In this document: positions 1 through 8,812 of the stretch, in pieces
Position numbering within the stretch: the first letter of the stretch is position 1
Layout of the letters: each line of letters begins with the position of its first letter
Assembly: GCA_022448765.1 (NCBI GenBank)
Contig: JAKUTI010000001.1
Location: 1 to 41,317, forward strand
Source of the DNA: Pseudomonadales bacterium
Lineage (GTDB): Bacteria > Pseudomonadota > Gammaproteobacteria > Pseudomonadales > Azotimanducaceae
Direction of reading: 5' to 3'
DNA length: 41,317 bases
Notes under the pieces: model-generated
Databases searched by the model: none
What the model saw: the letters and a program-made list of their open reading frames with translations, nothing else
What the model was told of the DNA's origin: nothing
Program-made: the position numbers and the translations under genes

Positions 1-622
1 CGATGGCTTTTTCCTTGATCGCTTTGATGACGGGAGCCACCTGATCGGCCGATTCAATTCCGGCTTGCCAACCTGTTCCCCAGCGGGCTGTGCGTTCGAC
101 GGCTTTGGGTGAGGAGCCACCGATCCATAGGGGCAGCGGATTCTGTAGAGGTCTGGGAGCGATCGAAGCTTCCTCTAGGTGATAGCAGGTGCCCGAGAAC
201 GACACGCTTTCCTCGGACCAAAGCCGGGAAAGGATCGCTAAGCCCTCGTCCATTCTTTTCCCGCGCCCTGCTGTTGGTGTGCCGGTGGCTACGTAATCGC
301 GCGATCGGCTGCTGCCGAGGCCGAAAGCCGGCAATAACCTGCCATCTGAAAGAACGTCGATTGTTGCGCACTGCTTCGCTGTGAGCACTGGGTCGCGGAG
401 CCCGAGACTGGCGACATTCATCCCGAACTTGATTCGTTTGGTCGCGCCAGCTAATGCGGCCATCACGCTCATGCATTCCAAATTGGCTTCGGTACTAATG
501 ATTCGATCGGATTGCCAGATCGAGTCAACGCCGCCGGCATCGCAAAGGTCGACCCACTTCCAAAACCCCTTCGTGTCATCAAAATTAAAGTTTGCAATAC
601 CAATGCCGGCGCTAACTGTCAT
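1..622 (-). CDS. LLM-class (luciferase-like) flavin/F420-dependent oxidoreductase, N-terminal ~207 aa; 3' end runs off the left edge
   Basis: This frame is absent from the ORF track because it runs off the window. My reverse-strand translation from ATG 622-620 reads MTVSAGIGIANFNFDDTKGFWKWVDLCDAGGVDSIWQSDRIISTEANLECMSVMAALAGATKRIKFGMNVASLGLRDPVLTAKQCATIDVLSDGRLLPAFGLGSSRSRDYVATG...LPLWIGGSSPKAVERTARWGTGWQAG... with no stop down to nt 2. This is the usual N-terminal pattern of luciferase-like TIM-barrel oxidoreductases. The start overlaps the stop of the upstream permease gene (ATGA, 619-622). Confidence 0.8.
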   Translation of the reverse strand, partial: MTVSAGIGIANFNFDDTKGFWKWVDLCDAGGVDSIWQSDRIISTEANLECMSVMAALAGATKRIKFGMNVASLGLRDPVLTAKQCATIDVLSDGRLLPAFGLGSSRSRDYVATGTPTAGRGKRMDEGLAILSRLWSEESVSFSGTCYHLEEASIAPRPLQNPLPLWIGGSSPKAVERTARWGTGWQAGIESADQVAPVIKAIKEKAI

Positions 623-1428
623 AGCCGAAGTCCTTGTTCTTGAGGGTTTATCGCATCGCGTAGTTGGTCACCCGCGACGTTCAAAACCAATAGCGTTACC
701 GATAAAAACGTAGCGGGGAAAATGAGTTGCCATGGGGCATGCAATCGAGTGGCACCGTCGGCAATTAGGACGCCCCAGCTTGTGCGTGGCTCTTGAATAC
801 CGAGTCCTAGAAAGCTAATGAAACTTTCTGCAATGATGACACCAGGGATCGTGAGCGTCGCATAGACCAAGGCTGGGCCCATTACGTTGGGCACGACGTG
901 TCTTGTGACGATCCAAGGGGCAGACACGCCCAACGCTCTCGCGGCCTTGATATACATGGCATTCTTTACGACGAGTGTTTGTCCCCTGACGATGCGCGCA
1001 AGGTCCAACCAGGAGACCGCCCCGATCGCGATAAAGAGTAGGTAGGGATTGCGACCGAAGAAAACCACCAGCAGGATCACTAGAAAAATGAACGGTAGGC
1101 CGTACAGACCATCGACGATTCGCATCATCACCTGATCGACACGCCCGCCTGCATAGCCAGCAATCACGCCCCACGGGAGTCCTATCGCGAAACTGACAAA
1201 GGTCGCTAACATGGCGATCGTTAAACTGACTTGCCCACCGGACATCGTCCGGACGAGAAGATCGCGGCCCGAGCCGTCCGTTCCAAACCAATGCGTAAGC
1301 GAAGGCGGCGTATCAAGCGCGTCGTAATCGATGTGTTCTTGCTCCCATGGACTGAGCCAGGGTCCGAGGACCAAAACGACCGCCAGCAGCAAGATACACA
1401 CCAAGCTCGTTCGATGGCTCGCACGCAT
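619..1428 (-). CDS. ABC transporter permease, DppC/OppC type (peptide/nickel/opine family)
   Basis: Polytopic membrane protein with DppC/OppC-like blocks (GTDGSGRDLLVRTMSGGQVSL; AARALGVSAPWIVTRHVVPN). The track start at 1488 is a TTG that overlaps the upstream gene by 44 nt. ATG 1428 (MRASHRTSLVCILLL...) is the more likely start. Confidence 0.85.
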   Translation of the reverse strand: MRASHRTSLVCILLLAVVLVLGPWLSPWEQEHIDYDALDTPPSLTHWFGTDGSGRDLLVRTMSGGQVSLTIAMLATFVSFAIGLPWGVIAGYAGGRVDQVMMRIVDGLYGLPFIFLVILLVVFFGRNPYLLFIAIGAVSWLDLARIVRGQTLVVKNAMYIKAARALGVSAPWIVTRHVVPNVMGPALVYATLTIPGVIIAESFISFLGLGIQEPRTSWGVLIADGATRLHAPWQLIFPATFLSVTLLVLNVAGDQLRDAINPQEQGLRL

Positions 1429-1444
1429 TGATGACCAGCGTGGG

Positions 1445-2440
1445 TTAATCACTCGAAGCCACCATGTCGCTGCGGATCCTAGGATCAAGTTGACCGTAGA
1501 GAAGATCGACCAACAGGTTTAGCGCGAGGATAAGCACGGCATATACCAGAACTGTGCCCATCACGAGAGTGTAATCACGGTTGATCGCCCCCTGAACGAA
1601 GTAGCGACCTAGGCCTGGTAACGAAAAGACTTCTTCGACCACCATTGAACCCGCCAACAAAGCCGCCGCGGCAGGTCCACTATAAGAAAGCACGGGTACG
1701 AGCGCGCTCGGTAGTACGTGGTGAAAAACGAGACGTTGCCGAGACAAGCCCTTTGATCGTGCGGTCGTCACGTGCGGTAGGTCCAGGGCTTCCAGACAAC
1801 CGACCCGGGATAGTCGCGCGAAGGCGGCGATATAGGGAAGCGCTAAAGCAATAGTTGGCAACACGTAGTGTTTCACGCTGGTGTGCCCACCGGCAGGGAA
1901 CCAGGCCAGACCAACGGCGAAAACTAAGACCAGAACGGGGCCTACGATCAGCGGTGGGAACGCGAGGCCCAGGGTTGCTAGTCCGGAGAGAAATCGGTCT
2001 CGAAACGTGTTGTGCCGGAGCGCCGCGAACGTACCGATAGACGTACCTACCAGAAGTGCAAAGAGAAACGCCGCAATTCCGACTCCAAGACTGATCGGTA
2101 GACCCGCGGCTATAAGCTCGTTGACCGTGAAATCTTTTTGCTTAAACGACGGACCTAAATCGCCACGGGTGACCATCCGGAGATAACGCCAATACTGTGC
2201 CGGAAGCGGTTCATCCAGGTGGTAGGAAGCCAACAAGTTTTTCTCGATGGCCGGGGGCAGCCGTCGTTCGCCATCAAATGGGCCTCCGGGGGCGGCTCGG
2301 ATCAGGAAAAATGCGGCACTAACTACCACCCACAACGTGACCACGACAAAGGCAAGGCGGCGAAATAGAAATCGGGCCAAAGGGGTTATTTCCGGTGCAG
2401 GTACCGAACGCCGTGAACGTTCCGGGGATTGGTGCGCCAC
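1445..2440 (-). CDS. ABC transporter permease, DppB/OppB type
   Basis: 331-aa permease with typical blocks (ARFLFRRLAFVVVTLWVVVSAAFFLIRAAPGGPF; TARSKGLSRQRLVFHHVLPSAL). GTG 2440 overlaps the upstream binding-protein gene by 55 nt. TTG 2380 is an alternative start. Confidence 0.85.
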   Translation of the reverse strand: MAHQSPERSRRSVPAPEITPLARFLFRRLAFVVVTLWVVVSAAFFLIRAAPGGPFDGERRLPPAIEKNLLASYHLDEPLPAQYWRYLRMVTRGDLGPSFKQKDFTVNELIAAGLPISLGVGIAAFLFALLVGTSIGTFAALRHNTFRDRFLSGLATLGLAFPPLIVGPVLVLVFAVGLAWFPAGGHTSVKHYVLPTIALALPYIAAFARLSRVGCLEALDLPHVTTARSKGLSRQRLVFHHVLPSALVPVLSYSGPAAAALLAGSMVVEEVFSLPGLGRYFVQGAINRDYTLVMGTVLVYAVLILALNLLVDLLYGQLDPRIRSDMVASSD

Positions 2441-3921
2441 CCGAGGATCTGGGGGTCAACGAGGCTCCGTATCATGACCGAGTACAGCGGAATGACCGCG
2501 AAATCCCGTAACCCTTCGATCTCGGCACCCTTGAGCAGCGTTATCCTTGTTTCGAGGTCGGCAGTGCGTTTGGCTTGGCGTATGAGTCGGTCGTATTTGG
2601 GCGACACGTAACGTCCATAGTTAACGTCGCCTATATCCGACATGAGCAGTTCGAGGTAGTGCTCGGGATTGTTTTCGCCGAACCAACCTGCCTGGGCGAC
2701 CTGGAAGTTAGCTTGCCGAAGATCCGCGAAATGCACGCTTAATTCGGTATGGTGCAAGCTGGTTTGAACGCCCACCGATCGCCACATTGATGCGATTGCG
2801 ATTTGGACTCGTTTGTTCTCATCGCCGGTAATGTATCGAAGCGTTAGTTTCAGTGGGTTGTTTTGAGTGAAGCCGGCGGCGGTTAGTAGGTCGCGGGCTA
2901 ATGCTATGTCAGGAAGTTCGGTGGTTGCGTGCGGATAATTTCCTACCATGGAGGGGACAAGTCCGTAGCTCACGAGTTCGCCACTTTTCAGAACCTTCTC
3001 AGTGAGAATACGTCGGTCAATTGCGAGCGCGAGTGCTTTTCGAACGCGTAGGTCATCGAACGGCGGTTCCGTTACGTTAAATACCAGGTACATAACCGAA
3101 AGCAGAGGAGAAACACGAACGTGGTCGGCCATGTGCTGCCTCAACCACCTAAGTTCGCCGGGAGGGAAGTCTAGGATTACGTCGAGTTCACCGGCCCGAT
3201 ACCGGTTAAGTGCGGTCGTAGCGTTTTGAATGGGGACGTAACGAACCGTTGGCAGGGTCACGTTGGACGCGTCGTGGAAGTATTGATTCTTGACCAGTTC
3301 GACGAACCCTTGGGGTCGCCACCCTGCTAGTACAAATGCGCCGTTGGTGACCATGTTTCCCGGTTTCACCCAATCGTCACCGTGCGTTGCAATCGCGTGG
3401 GACGGTACCGGATAAGCGGTTGGGTAAAGCAAACGCTCAGCAAAAAAGGGAAACGGTTTTTCCAGTTCAATTTTCAAGCGATCTCTTGTGACGGCTGAAA
3501 CGCCCAGCGAATCTAGCGCCGCGGTACCAGAATTTATCGCTTCAGCGTTCTTGATTGGGTACATAAAAAACGCGAGGCTTGAGGCCGTCTCGGGGTTCAC
3601 AAGACGTCGGTATGAAAAGACGAAGTCGGCCGCGGTGACCGGTTCGCCGTCGCTCCATCGAGCGTTGGGTCGCAGATCGAATGTCCAGGTTAAACCGTCG
3701 GGAGAAACTTCCCATGAAAGTGCCGCACCTGGAACAATGTTGCCGGCGGCATCCATCGTCGTCAGTCCTAGGTACAAGTCATTGAGGATGGTTTCCTCAA
3801 GCCGCAAATTGTATCGATGGGGGTCTAGGGTCGCTGGTTCGCCCGTGTTCCCGATACGAACGACATCGGTCAGGCCGTTGACGCAATACCACAGGGCGAA
3901 TAAGGGCAAAAAGACGCGCAT
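2386..3921 (-). CDS. ABC transporter substrate-binding protein, family 5 (DppA/OppA/NikA-like)
   Basis: About 510 aa, with size and sequence blocks typical of family-5 periplasmic binding proteins. ATG 3921 gives a signal-like N-terminus, MRVFLPLFALWYCVNG; the track start at 4008 is an upstream GTG. It is the first gene of a binding protein-permease-permease series. Confidence 0.85.
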   Translation of the reverse strand: MRVFLPLFALWYCVNGLTDVVRIGNTGEPATLDPHRYNLRLEETILNDLYLGLTTMDAAGNIVPGAALSWEVSPDGLTWTFDLRPNARWSDGEPVTAADFVFSYRRLVNPETASSLAFFMYPIKNAEAINSGTAALDSLGVSAVTRDRLKIELEKPFPFFAERLLYPTAYPVPSHAIATHGDDWVKPGNMVTNGAFVLAGWRPQGFVELVKNQYFHDASNVTLPTVRYVPIQNATTALNRYRAGELDVILDFPPGELRWLRQHMADHVRVSPLLSVMYLVFNVTEPPFDDLRVRKALALAIDRRILTEKVLKSGELVSYGLVPSMVGNYPHATTELPDIALARDLLTAAGFTQNNPLKLTLRYITGDENKRVQIAIASMWRSVGVQTSLHHTELSVHFADLRQANFQVAQAGWFGENNPEHYLELLMSDIGDVNYGRYVSPKYDRLIRQAKRTADLETRITLLKGAEIEGLRDFAVIPLYSVMIRSLVDPQILGWRTNPRNVHGVRYLHRK

Positions 3922-3966
3922 TGGCGATACGATACGCAATGGTCGTTCGGCAAGCAAAACGGCACA

Positions 3967-5064
3967 ATGCGGACCCGAGGAGCTGGATTGAGTACCGTCT
4001 TGCCACACAAAAGGCTACTGGTTGTCGGCGCTCGTGGGTTGGTGGGTCAGGGAGTCCTGTCGGCGTTTGACGGGGACGCCGACTGGTCGGTGGTCGCTTT
4101 GTCGCGCCGCTCTTTGGATTTTCCTACCGATGCGACGCACGTGTCGGTAGATTTAACGGATCGAATCGAGACGTTCGAGATGTTGGGTTTTTTGGGCGCT
4201 TTTACCCATGTCGTCTATGCCGCCTTATACGAGCAAGAGGACTTGGTCGCGGGTTGGCGTGACACACGTCAAATCGAAGTAAATGTAGGGATGCTTCGAA
4301 ATTTGCTTGACGCAGTAGAACCGTCCGAACATTTAACGCTATTGCAAGGGACCAAGGCGTATGGCGCGCACTTGGGACCGATGTTGAATCCTGGGAAGGA
4401 ATGGCACGATCGCCCTCGGGGTCCGAATTTCTATTGGCCACAAGAGGATTTGGTTCGAGAGCGGGCTAATGCGGGGGGATGGCGGTATACCGTGCTGCGG
4501 CCACAGATCGTGTGTGGCTTAGCGCTGGGAAGCCCGATGAACATGACGCTGGCTATTGGCGTATTTGCGGCGATCTCGAAAGCCATGGGGGAACCTTTGC
4601 GTTTTCCTGGCGGTCCAGCGTTTGTGACGCAGGCGACCGACGCGCGCTTGCTTGGCCGTGCGGTTCGTTGGTTCGGGGCTCAGTCCGGCGACGGTAACGA
4701 GACCTACAACATCACCAACGGCGACGAACTAGTTTGGCGATCGGTGTGGACGTCAATCGCCGATTCTTTCGAGATGGAAGTTGGCGATGATTGCCCGATG
4801 TCGCTGGCCGAAGAGATGCCTAAGTTATCGCCGGTCTGGAATGAACTAGTTCGGCGCTTCGAATTGATGCCTTACTCGATGGACGCGCTTGTTGGAAATT
4901 CCTGGCAGTTCGCGGACGCGATTTTTGGACTGAAGGGAGGACAGAACACGCTCCTTTCAACGATTAAGGCACGAAAACACGGTTTCGCGGAATGCATCGA
5001 CTCGGAAGACATGTTTCGAAATCAGTTCGCCGACCTGCAAAACGCACGGATACTACCGACTTGA
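3967..5064 (+). CDS. Extended SDR-family NAD(P)-dependent oxidoreductase, PRISE-like (progesterone 5-beta-reductase / iridoid synthase-like)
   Basis: Rossmann motif VVGARGLVGQ near the N-terminus. QGTKAYGAHLGP and PNFYWPQEDLV match the GxKxYG and NFYY..ED signatures I recall for the PRISE branch. A TTG at 3988 preceded by GAGGAG is a possible alternative start. Confidence 0.75.
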   Translation: MRTRGAGLSTVLPHKRLLVVGARGLVGQGVLSAFDGDADWSVVALSRRSLDFPTDATHVSVDLTDRIETFEMLGFLGAFTHVVYAALYEQEDLVAGWRDTRQIEVNVGMLRNLLDAVEPSEHLTLLQGTKAYGAHLGPMLNPGKEWHDRPRGPNFYWPQEDLVRERANAGGWRYTVLRPQIVCGLALGSPMNMTLAIGVFAAISKAMGEPLRFPGGPAFVTQATDARLLGRAVRWFGAQSGDGNETYNITNGDELVWRSVWTSIADSFEMEVGDDCPMSLAEEMPKLSPVWNELVRRFELMPYSMDALVGNSWQFADAIFGLKGGQNTLLSTIKARKHGFAECIDSEDMFRNQFADLQNARILPT

Positions 5065-6053
5065 CTTTGTTGGTTGCAGATATTGGTGGTACCCGGGCGC
5101 GTTTTGCGGTGTATGAGCAAGGTCGGGCGTTGCATTTTCGGGAATTTGCCACCGCCGAATTTGATGGAGTGAAAGCTGCAACCGTCGTGACTCGGGTGCT
5201 GGAGGCATGGGCGGTAACGAACGTTGCCGCCATTTGCTTCGCCGTTGCCGGGCCGGTAATTGATGGTAAAGCGTCCATGACGAATACAGATCTCAGCTTC
5301 GACGAACGTGAGATTTCAAACGAGTTGGACGTGCCGGTATTAGTGATTAACGATCTCGTCGCACTTGGTCACGCATTCAATCTCGACGACTCCTCAGTTT
5401 TGAAACCCATAGGGGAATCAGGCGCGATTCGTTCAAATGAAACGAGAGCGATTGCTTGTGCTGGTACTGGGCTCGGTATGGCCATTCTTCCATCCCTCAA
5501 GAACGGTCGGAGCGTAGTGCCCTCAGAAGGAGGTCATGTTCGAATAGCGACCGTTGATGCGTACGAACGTGAGCTGGTGGATGCGGCCGAGCAAGAACTT
5601 GGTCTGAAGACGGTTACGTGGGAACACTTCTTGTCCGGTCCTGGACTCGTCAACCTATACCGTGCCGTCGCGGCGTTGTGGGGAACGAAACCCGATTTAC
5701 TCGGACCGAAAGAGATTAGCGCGCTTGGGTCGTCCGTCAGTGATCCGGTGTGTCATCGAACCCTGGAAACTTTCTGCGGGTTCTTTGGTACGGCGTGTGG
5801 CTCGCTCGCGCTGACGGCCCACGCGCTCGGAGGCATATACGTTGGGGGAACCGTTGTGGCGGCTGTAGCGCCGATGCTAGACGAGAGTCGCTTTCGTCGT
5901 CGGTTTGTCAACGTAGGCATCCAGGCCGACATTCTTCAATCCGTTCCGACCGTGCTGTTTAACCAAGACTCGCTCGGGGTTCAGGGAGCCGCTAACTATG
6001 CGACGGTCGCACTTTCTTCGGACGGTCAAACGGGTCCTGGTTTCAGACCTTAA
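5061..6053 (+). CDS. glk: Glucokinase
   Basis: N-terminal LLVADIGGTRARFAV matches the Glk ATP-binding motif (E. coli LVGDVGGTNARLAL). Length is about 330 aa from TTG 5061, which overlaps the upstream stop (TTGA). The track start at 4992 would add 23 non-conserved residues inside the SDR gene. Confidence 0.85.
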   Translation: MTLLVADIGGTRARFAVYEQGRALHFREFATAEFDGVKAATVVTRVLEAWAVTNVAAICFAVAGPVIDGKASMTNTDLSFDEREISNELDVPVLVINDLVALGHAFNLDDSSVLKPIGESGAIRSNETRAIACAGTGLGMAILPSLKNGRSVVPSEGGHVRIATVDAYERELVDAAEQELGLKTVTWEHFLSGPGLVNLYRAVAALWGTKPDLLGPKEISALGSSVSDPVCHRTLETFCGFFGTACGSLALTAHALGGIYVGGTVVAAVAPMLDESRFRRRFVNVGIQADILQSVPTVLFNQDSLGVQGAANYATVALSSDGQTGPGFRP

Positions 6054-7222
6054 GAGCGGTCGTACAAGTAGTCCCTTGTCGTTGGCACCGACATATTGTT
6101 AATGCCCAGTTGAAGTTGGTAGACGACTAAGCTTGATACTTCGAAGGCGGTTTGGCACGCAAGCAAATAAAATTCCCAGATTCGGCAAAACCTTTCGCCT
6201 TTTTCACGCGCAAATTCGGACCGGACCGTCTGAAATCGATGATTCCATTCTTTCAACGTCAACGCGTAGTGTTGCCGCCAGACTTCGATATCGGCGAACA
6301 CGAGCGGGCTCCGCTCGACCGCGGTGCTGATCTCGGAGATTGCTGGGATGTAGCCGCCCGGAAAAATGTGTCGGCGGATCCATGGGTTGGTCGCGACGGG
6401 CCGATCCGTATGCCCGATGGTATGAATCATCGCGACGCCGTCCCCTGAGAGTAGCTTGGCAACCTTGTTGAAATAACCGTCGAAGTTTCTTAAACCGACA
6501 TGCTCGAACATGCCGACAGACACGACGGCATCGTATTTCCCATGGTGGTTTCGGTAATCTTCAAGACGAAATTGAACCTGGTTATCTAACCCGCGCCGAA
6601 CGGCCTCATCGTTGGCCACAGCGAGTTGTTCGTTGGACAAGGTAAGGCCGGTGACTTGGACGTCTTCCTTTTCTGCTAGGTAGAGTCCGAGACTCCCCCA
6701 GCCGGAGCCTATATCAAGGACTTTCTGGCCGGGCTTGAGACACAATTTTTTTCGAATGTGATCGCACTTCGCGGACTGGGCCTCCTCAAGGGTTTGTTCC
6801 GGAGAACGAAAATAGGCACACGAGTAGTGCATGTCTTGATCCAAGAATGCACGAAAAAGCGATGCGTCGAGGTCGTAATGATGACTGACGTTCCGTAAGC
6901 TCGCGCCTAGATTGTTCCAGGACTGTAAGATTGCTGCGTAGGCTGACGTGGCCCCTCGCCGAACGAATCCATCCTCAAAATTCGTTTTCAGAATGGCGAG
7001 AAGTTCAGCGAGCTTTCCATCTTCGACATCCCAGCCCCCATCTATATACGTTTCGCCAAGGTTTAGGAGTGGGTTACGTACGATTTTGGATAGCACCCGC
7101 GCGTCGTTGATCTTCCACACGACGGATGCTTGGCCATTTCCGTAGACTTGTTCGTCACCGTTGGGGTGCACGAGTTTGAACGCCCCGTGCTTGATGTTGT
7201 CACGAATAAACTTGTCGTACAT
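6050..7222 (-). CDS. cfa: Cyclopropane-fatty-acyl-phospholipid synthase family SAM-dependent methyltransferase
   Basis: 390 aa with SAM motif VLDIGSGWGSLGLYLAE and family blocks HYDLDASLFRAFLDQDMHYSCAYF and IFPGGYIPAISE. Its stop overlaps the glk stop (TTAA, convergent genes). Confidence 0.9.
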   Translation of the reverse strand: MYDKFIRDNIKHGAFKLVHPNGDEQVYGNGQASVVWKINDARVLSKIVRNPLLNLGETYIDGGWDVEDGKLAELLAILKTNFEDGFVRRGATSAYAAILQSWNNLGASLRNVSHHYDLDASLFRAFLDQDMHYSCAYFRSPEQTLEEAQSAKCDHIRKKLCLKPGQKVLDIGSGWGSLGLYLAEKEDVQVTGLTLSNEQLAVANDEAVRRGLDNQVQFRLEDYRNHHGKYDAVVSVGMFEHVGLRNFDGYFNKVAKLLSGDGVAMIHTIGHTDRPVATNPWIRRHIFPGGYIPAISEISTAVERSPLVFADIEVWRQHYALTLKEWNHRFQTVRSEFAREKGERFCRIWEFYLLACQTAFEVSSLVVYQLQLGINNMSVPTTRDYLYDRS

Positions 7223-7277
7223 CCGCGTGGTCTTTTACGTTGTCCATGATTCGCATCGTGTCGTGAGCACGTGTACG

Positions 7278-7306
7278 TTAATAAGAATATCCTATCCTTG
7301 TCGCAA
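7278..7306 (-). promoter_or_regulatory. Candidate sigma70-type promoter for cfa (TTGCGA-N17-TATTAA on the minus strand)
   Basis: Reverse complement of 7301-7306 is TTGCGA and of 7278-7283 is TATTAA. Each matches the consensus at 4/6, with a 17-nt spacer, about 55 nt upstream of the cfa ATG. Pattern match by eye only. Confidence 0.25.
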
Positions 7307-7320
7307 CTGGTTCGCGACAA
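7298..7320. promoter_or_regulatory. Perfect 7-bp inverted repeat TTGTCGC-N9-GCGACAA in the cfa / LLM divergent intergenic region (possible operator)
   Basis: Read directly from the sequence: ttgtcgc aactggttc gcgacaa. It overlaps the candidate -35 of the cfa promoter. Confidence 0.35.
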
Positions 7321-7398
7321 ATTGTGGGTTCGTTCACGAAGACAATGTCGATCCCAAGCAATTCGATTGGTGGACTTTGGCAACATAGGTTTGTACGA

Positions 7399-8445
7399 AT
7401 GAGAGTGAGTATCGGGGTGGGGGGCGCGTCGTCAGGGCGAGAGCGTGACTTTGATCGTCAAGTCGACTACGTGGTGGAAGCGGAAAAGTTGGGCGTTGAC
7501 GCCGTTTGGACGGCGGAGGCCTGGGGGCAGGATGCTGTCACCCCACTCGCTTACCTTGCGGCAAAAACACATCGCATCAAGCTTGGTACCGGGATTATGC
7601 AGATTAGCGCAAGGACCCCGTCAATGACGGCCATGACGGCATTGACAATGGCCGCGCTTTCTAACGATCGCTTTTTGCTCGGGCTTGGTGTGTCGGGGCC
7701 GCAGGTAGTTGAGGGTCTACAAGGCCGTCCGTTTCAGGGACCACTGATGCGTTTGCGCGAAACAATAGACATCATTCGTCTCGCGTTCGCGGGGGAAAAA
7801 CTAGCGTACCAAGGCAAACACCATACGCTGCCTCTTCCGGGCGGCGAGGGTAAAGCGCTGCGGTTATCGCAGCCTGGCAACCAAGCCATACCCATCTACC
7901 TTGCCACGCTTGGACCACGTGCCTTGGAGTTGACGGGTGAACTGGCTGACGGTTGGTTAGGGACTTCTTTTACGCCGGCCAATGCCGGCGCGCATCTGGA
8001 CTTCATTAGACAAGGTGCAGAAGCCCATGGGCGTACACTCGGCGATATTGATATTCAAGTTGGAGGTACGGTGGCGTTTGAGCCCGACATGGACGACGTA
8101 ATGGGTCCCTTGAAAGCTGGCATGGCGTTTACGCTAGGTGCGATGGGGTCAGCTAAAACAAATTTTTACAATGACGCGTACAAGCGCGGCGGATGGGAAG
8201 CGTCGGCAGAAGAGGTGCAACGATTATGGGTGTCGGGTCGACGCGACGAAGCCATTGCAAAGGTACCTGAGGAAATGGTTATACAGTCGAACTTGGTGGG
8301 CGATAAAGAGGCGATTCGAGAGAGGCTCTCGGCGTACAAAAGTGCAGGTGTGTCGACCCTGAGGGTTCAACCGGCTGGCAAGGATTTAGATGCCCGGCTC
8401 GAAACGTTGGGTAGCACGCTAGAACTAATCCGAGACCTCGATTGA
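7399..8445 (+). CDS. LLM-class F420/flavin-dependent oxidoreductase
   Basis: MRVSIGVGG...LGVDAVWTAEAWGQDAVTPLAYLAAKTHRIKLGTGIMQISARTP... is a typical luciferase-like TIM barrel. ATG 7399 was chosen over track start 7324 because family members begin at the MRxxIG strand. Confidence 0.85.
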   Translation: MRVSIGVGGASSGRERDFDRQVDYVVEAEKLGVDAVWTAEAWGQDAVTPLAYLAAKTHRIKLGTGIMQISARTPSMTAMTALTMAALSNDRFLLGLGVSGPQVVEGLQGRPFQGPLMRLRETIDIIRLAFAGEKLAYQGKHHTLPLPGGEGKALRLSQPGNQAIPIYLATLGPRALELTGELADGWLGTSFTPANAGAHLDFIRQGAEAHGRTLGDIDIQVGGTVAFEPDMDDVMGPLKAGMAFTLGAMGSAKTNFYNDAYKRGGWEASAEEVQRLWVSGRRDEAIAKVPEEMVIQSNLVGDKEAIRERLSAYKSAGVSTLRVQPAGKDLDARLETLGSTLELIRDLD

Positions 8446-8460
8446 TAGCCGGCTAAGCGC

Positions 8461-8778
8461 ATGCAAGATAAAGCAAGAATCCAATTGACCTACGGACTCT
8501 ATTTGGGAGTGGTTACTGCTATTTTTGGACTCTTTCTCGCGTATACGCAAGGGAATCGAGAAAACGCCTTCGTCATCTCTCACCGTCGTTTCCAGATCAG
8601 GACTTTCTGGATCGGTTGCTTGTATTTAGGGTTGGCTGCACTTTTAGTCCGGATGCTTCCGGGCGGCATATACTTGTTAATTCTCCCGACCGTCTGGTGG
8701 GTCATCCGTTGTGTTAAGGGAATACGGGATACGGTTAACAACGTATTGGTTCAAAATGAAGAGACGTGGCTTTTCTAA
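8461..8778 (+). CDS. Small integral membrane protein, unknown function
   Basis: 105 aa with three hydrophobic helices (YGLYLGVVTAIFGLFLAY; FWIGCLYLGLAALLV; GIYLLILPTVWWVI). No family recognised. Visibly more AT-rich than its neighbours. Confidence 0.55.
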   Translation: MQDKARIQLTYGLYLGVVTAIFGLFLAYTQGNRENAFVISHRRFQIRTFWIGCLYLGLAALLVRMLPGGIYLLILPTVWWVIRCVKGIRDTVNNVLVQNEETWLF

Positions 8779-8812
8779 CCTAACCCCGTAACCCGGCGAA
8801 TAGATTGGAATT

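Noticed and set aside
54-713. ORF-track entries 54..476(-), 109..384(+) and 381..713(+) at the left edge
   Set aside because: All three are Arg/Ser/Pro-rich with no recognisable motifs. They overlap an unlisted reverse-strand frame (1..622) that translates without stops into a clear LLM-class oxidoreductase N-terminus, so they are shadow ORFs.
3488-3991. 167-aa plus-strand ORF inside the binding-protein gene. The same applies to other long antisense ORFs at 815..1291, 16382..16828, 17500..17958, 30015..30437 and 12895..13290.
   Set aside because: Each lies antisense to a gene with strong family signatures and has Arg/Ser/Pro/Ala-rich composition. I treated all of them as non-coding shadows.
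4992-5060. Upstream-extended start codons in the ORF track. These are 4992 for glk, 4008 for the binding protein, 7324 for the LLM gene, 11456, 12375 and 12800 for the TRAP genes, 19065 for the ACAD, 31967 for the POT transporter and 37018 for the small ORF.
   Set aside because: The extensions overlap neighbouring genes and add non-conserved, often Arg-rich residues ahead of well-known family N-termini or signal peptides. I preferred the downstream starts.
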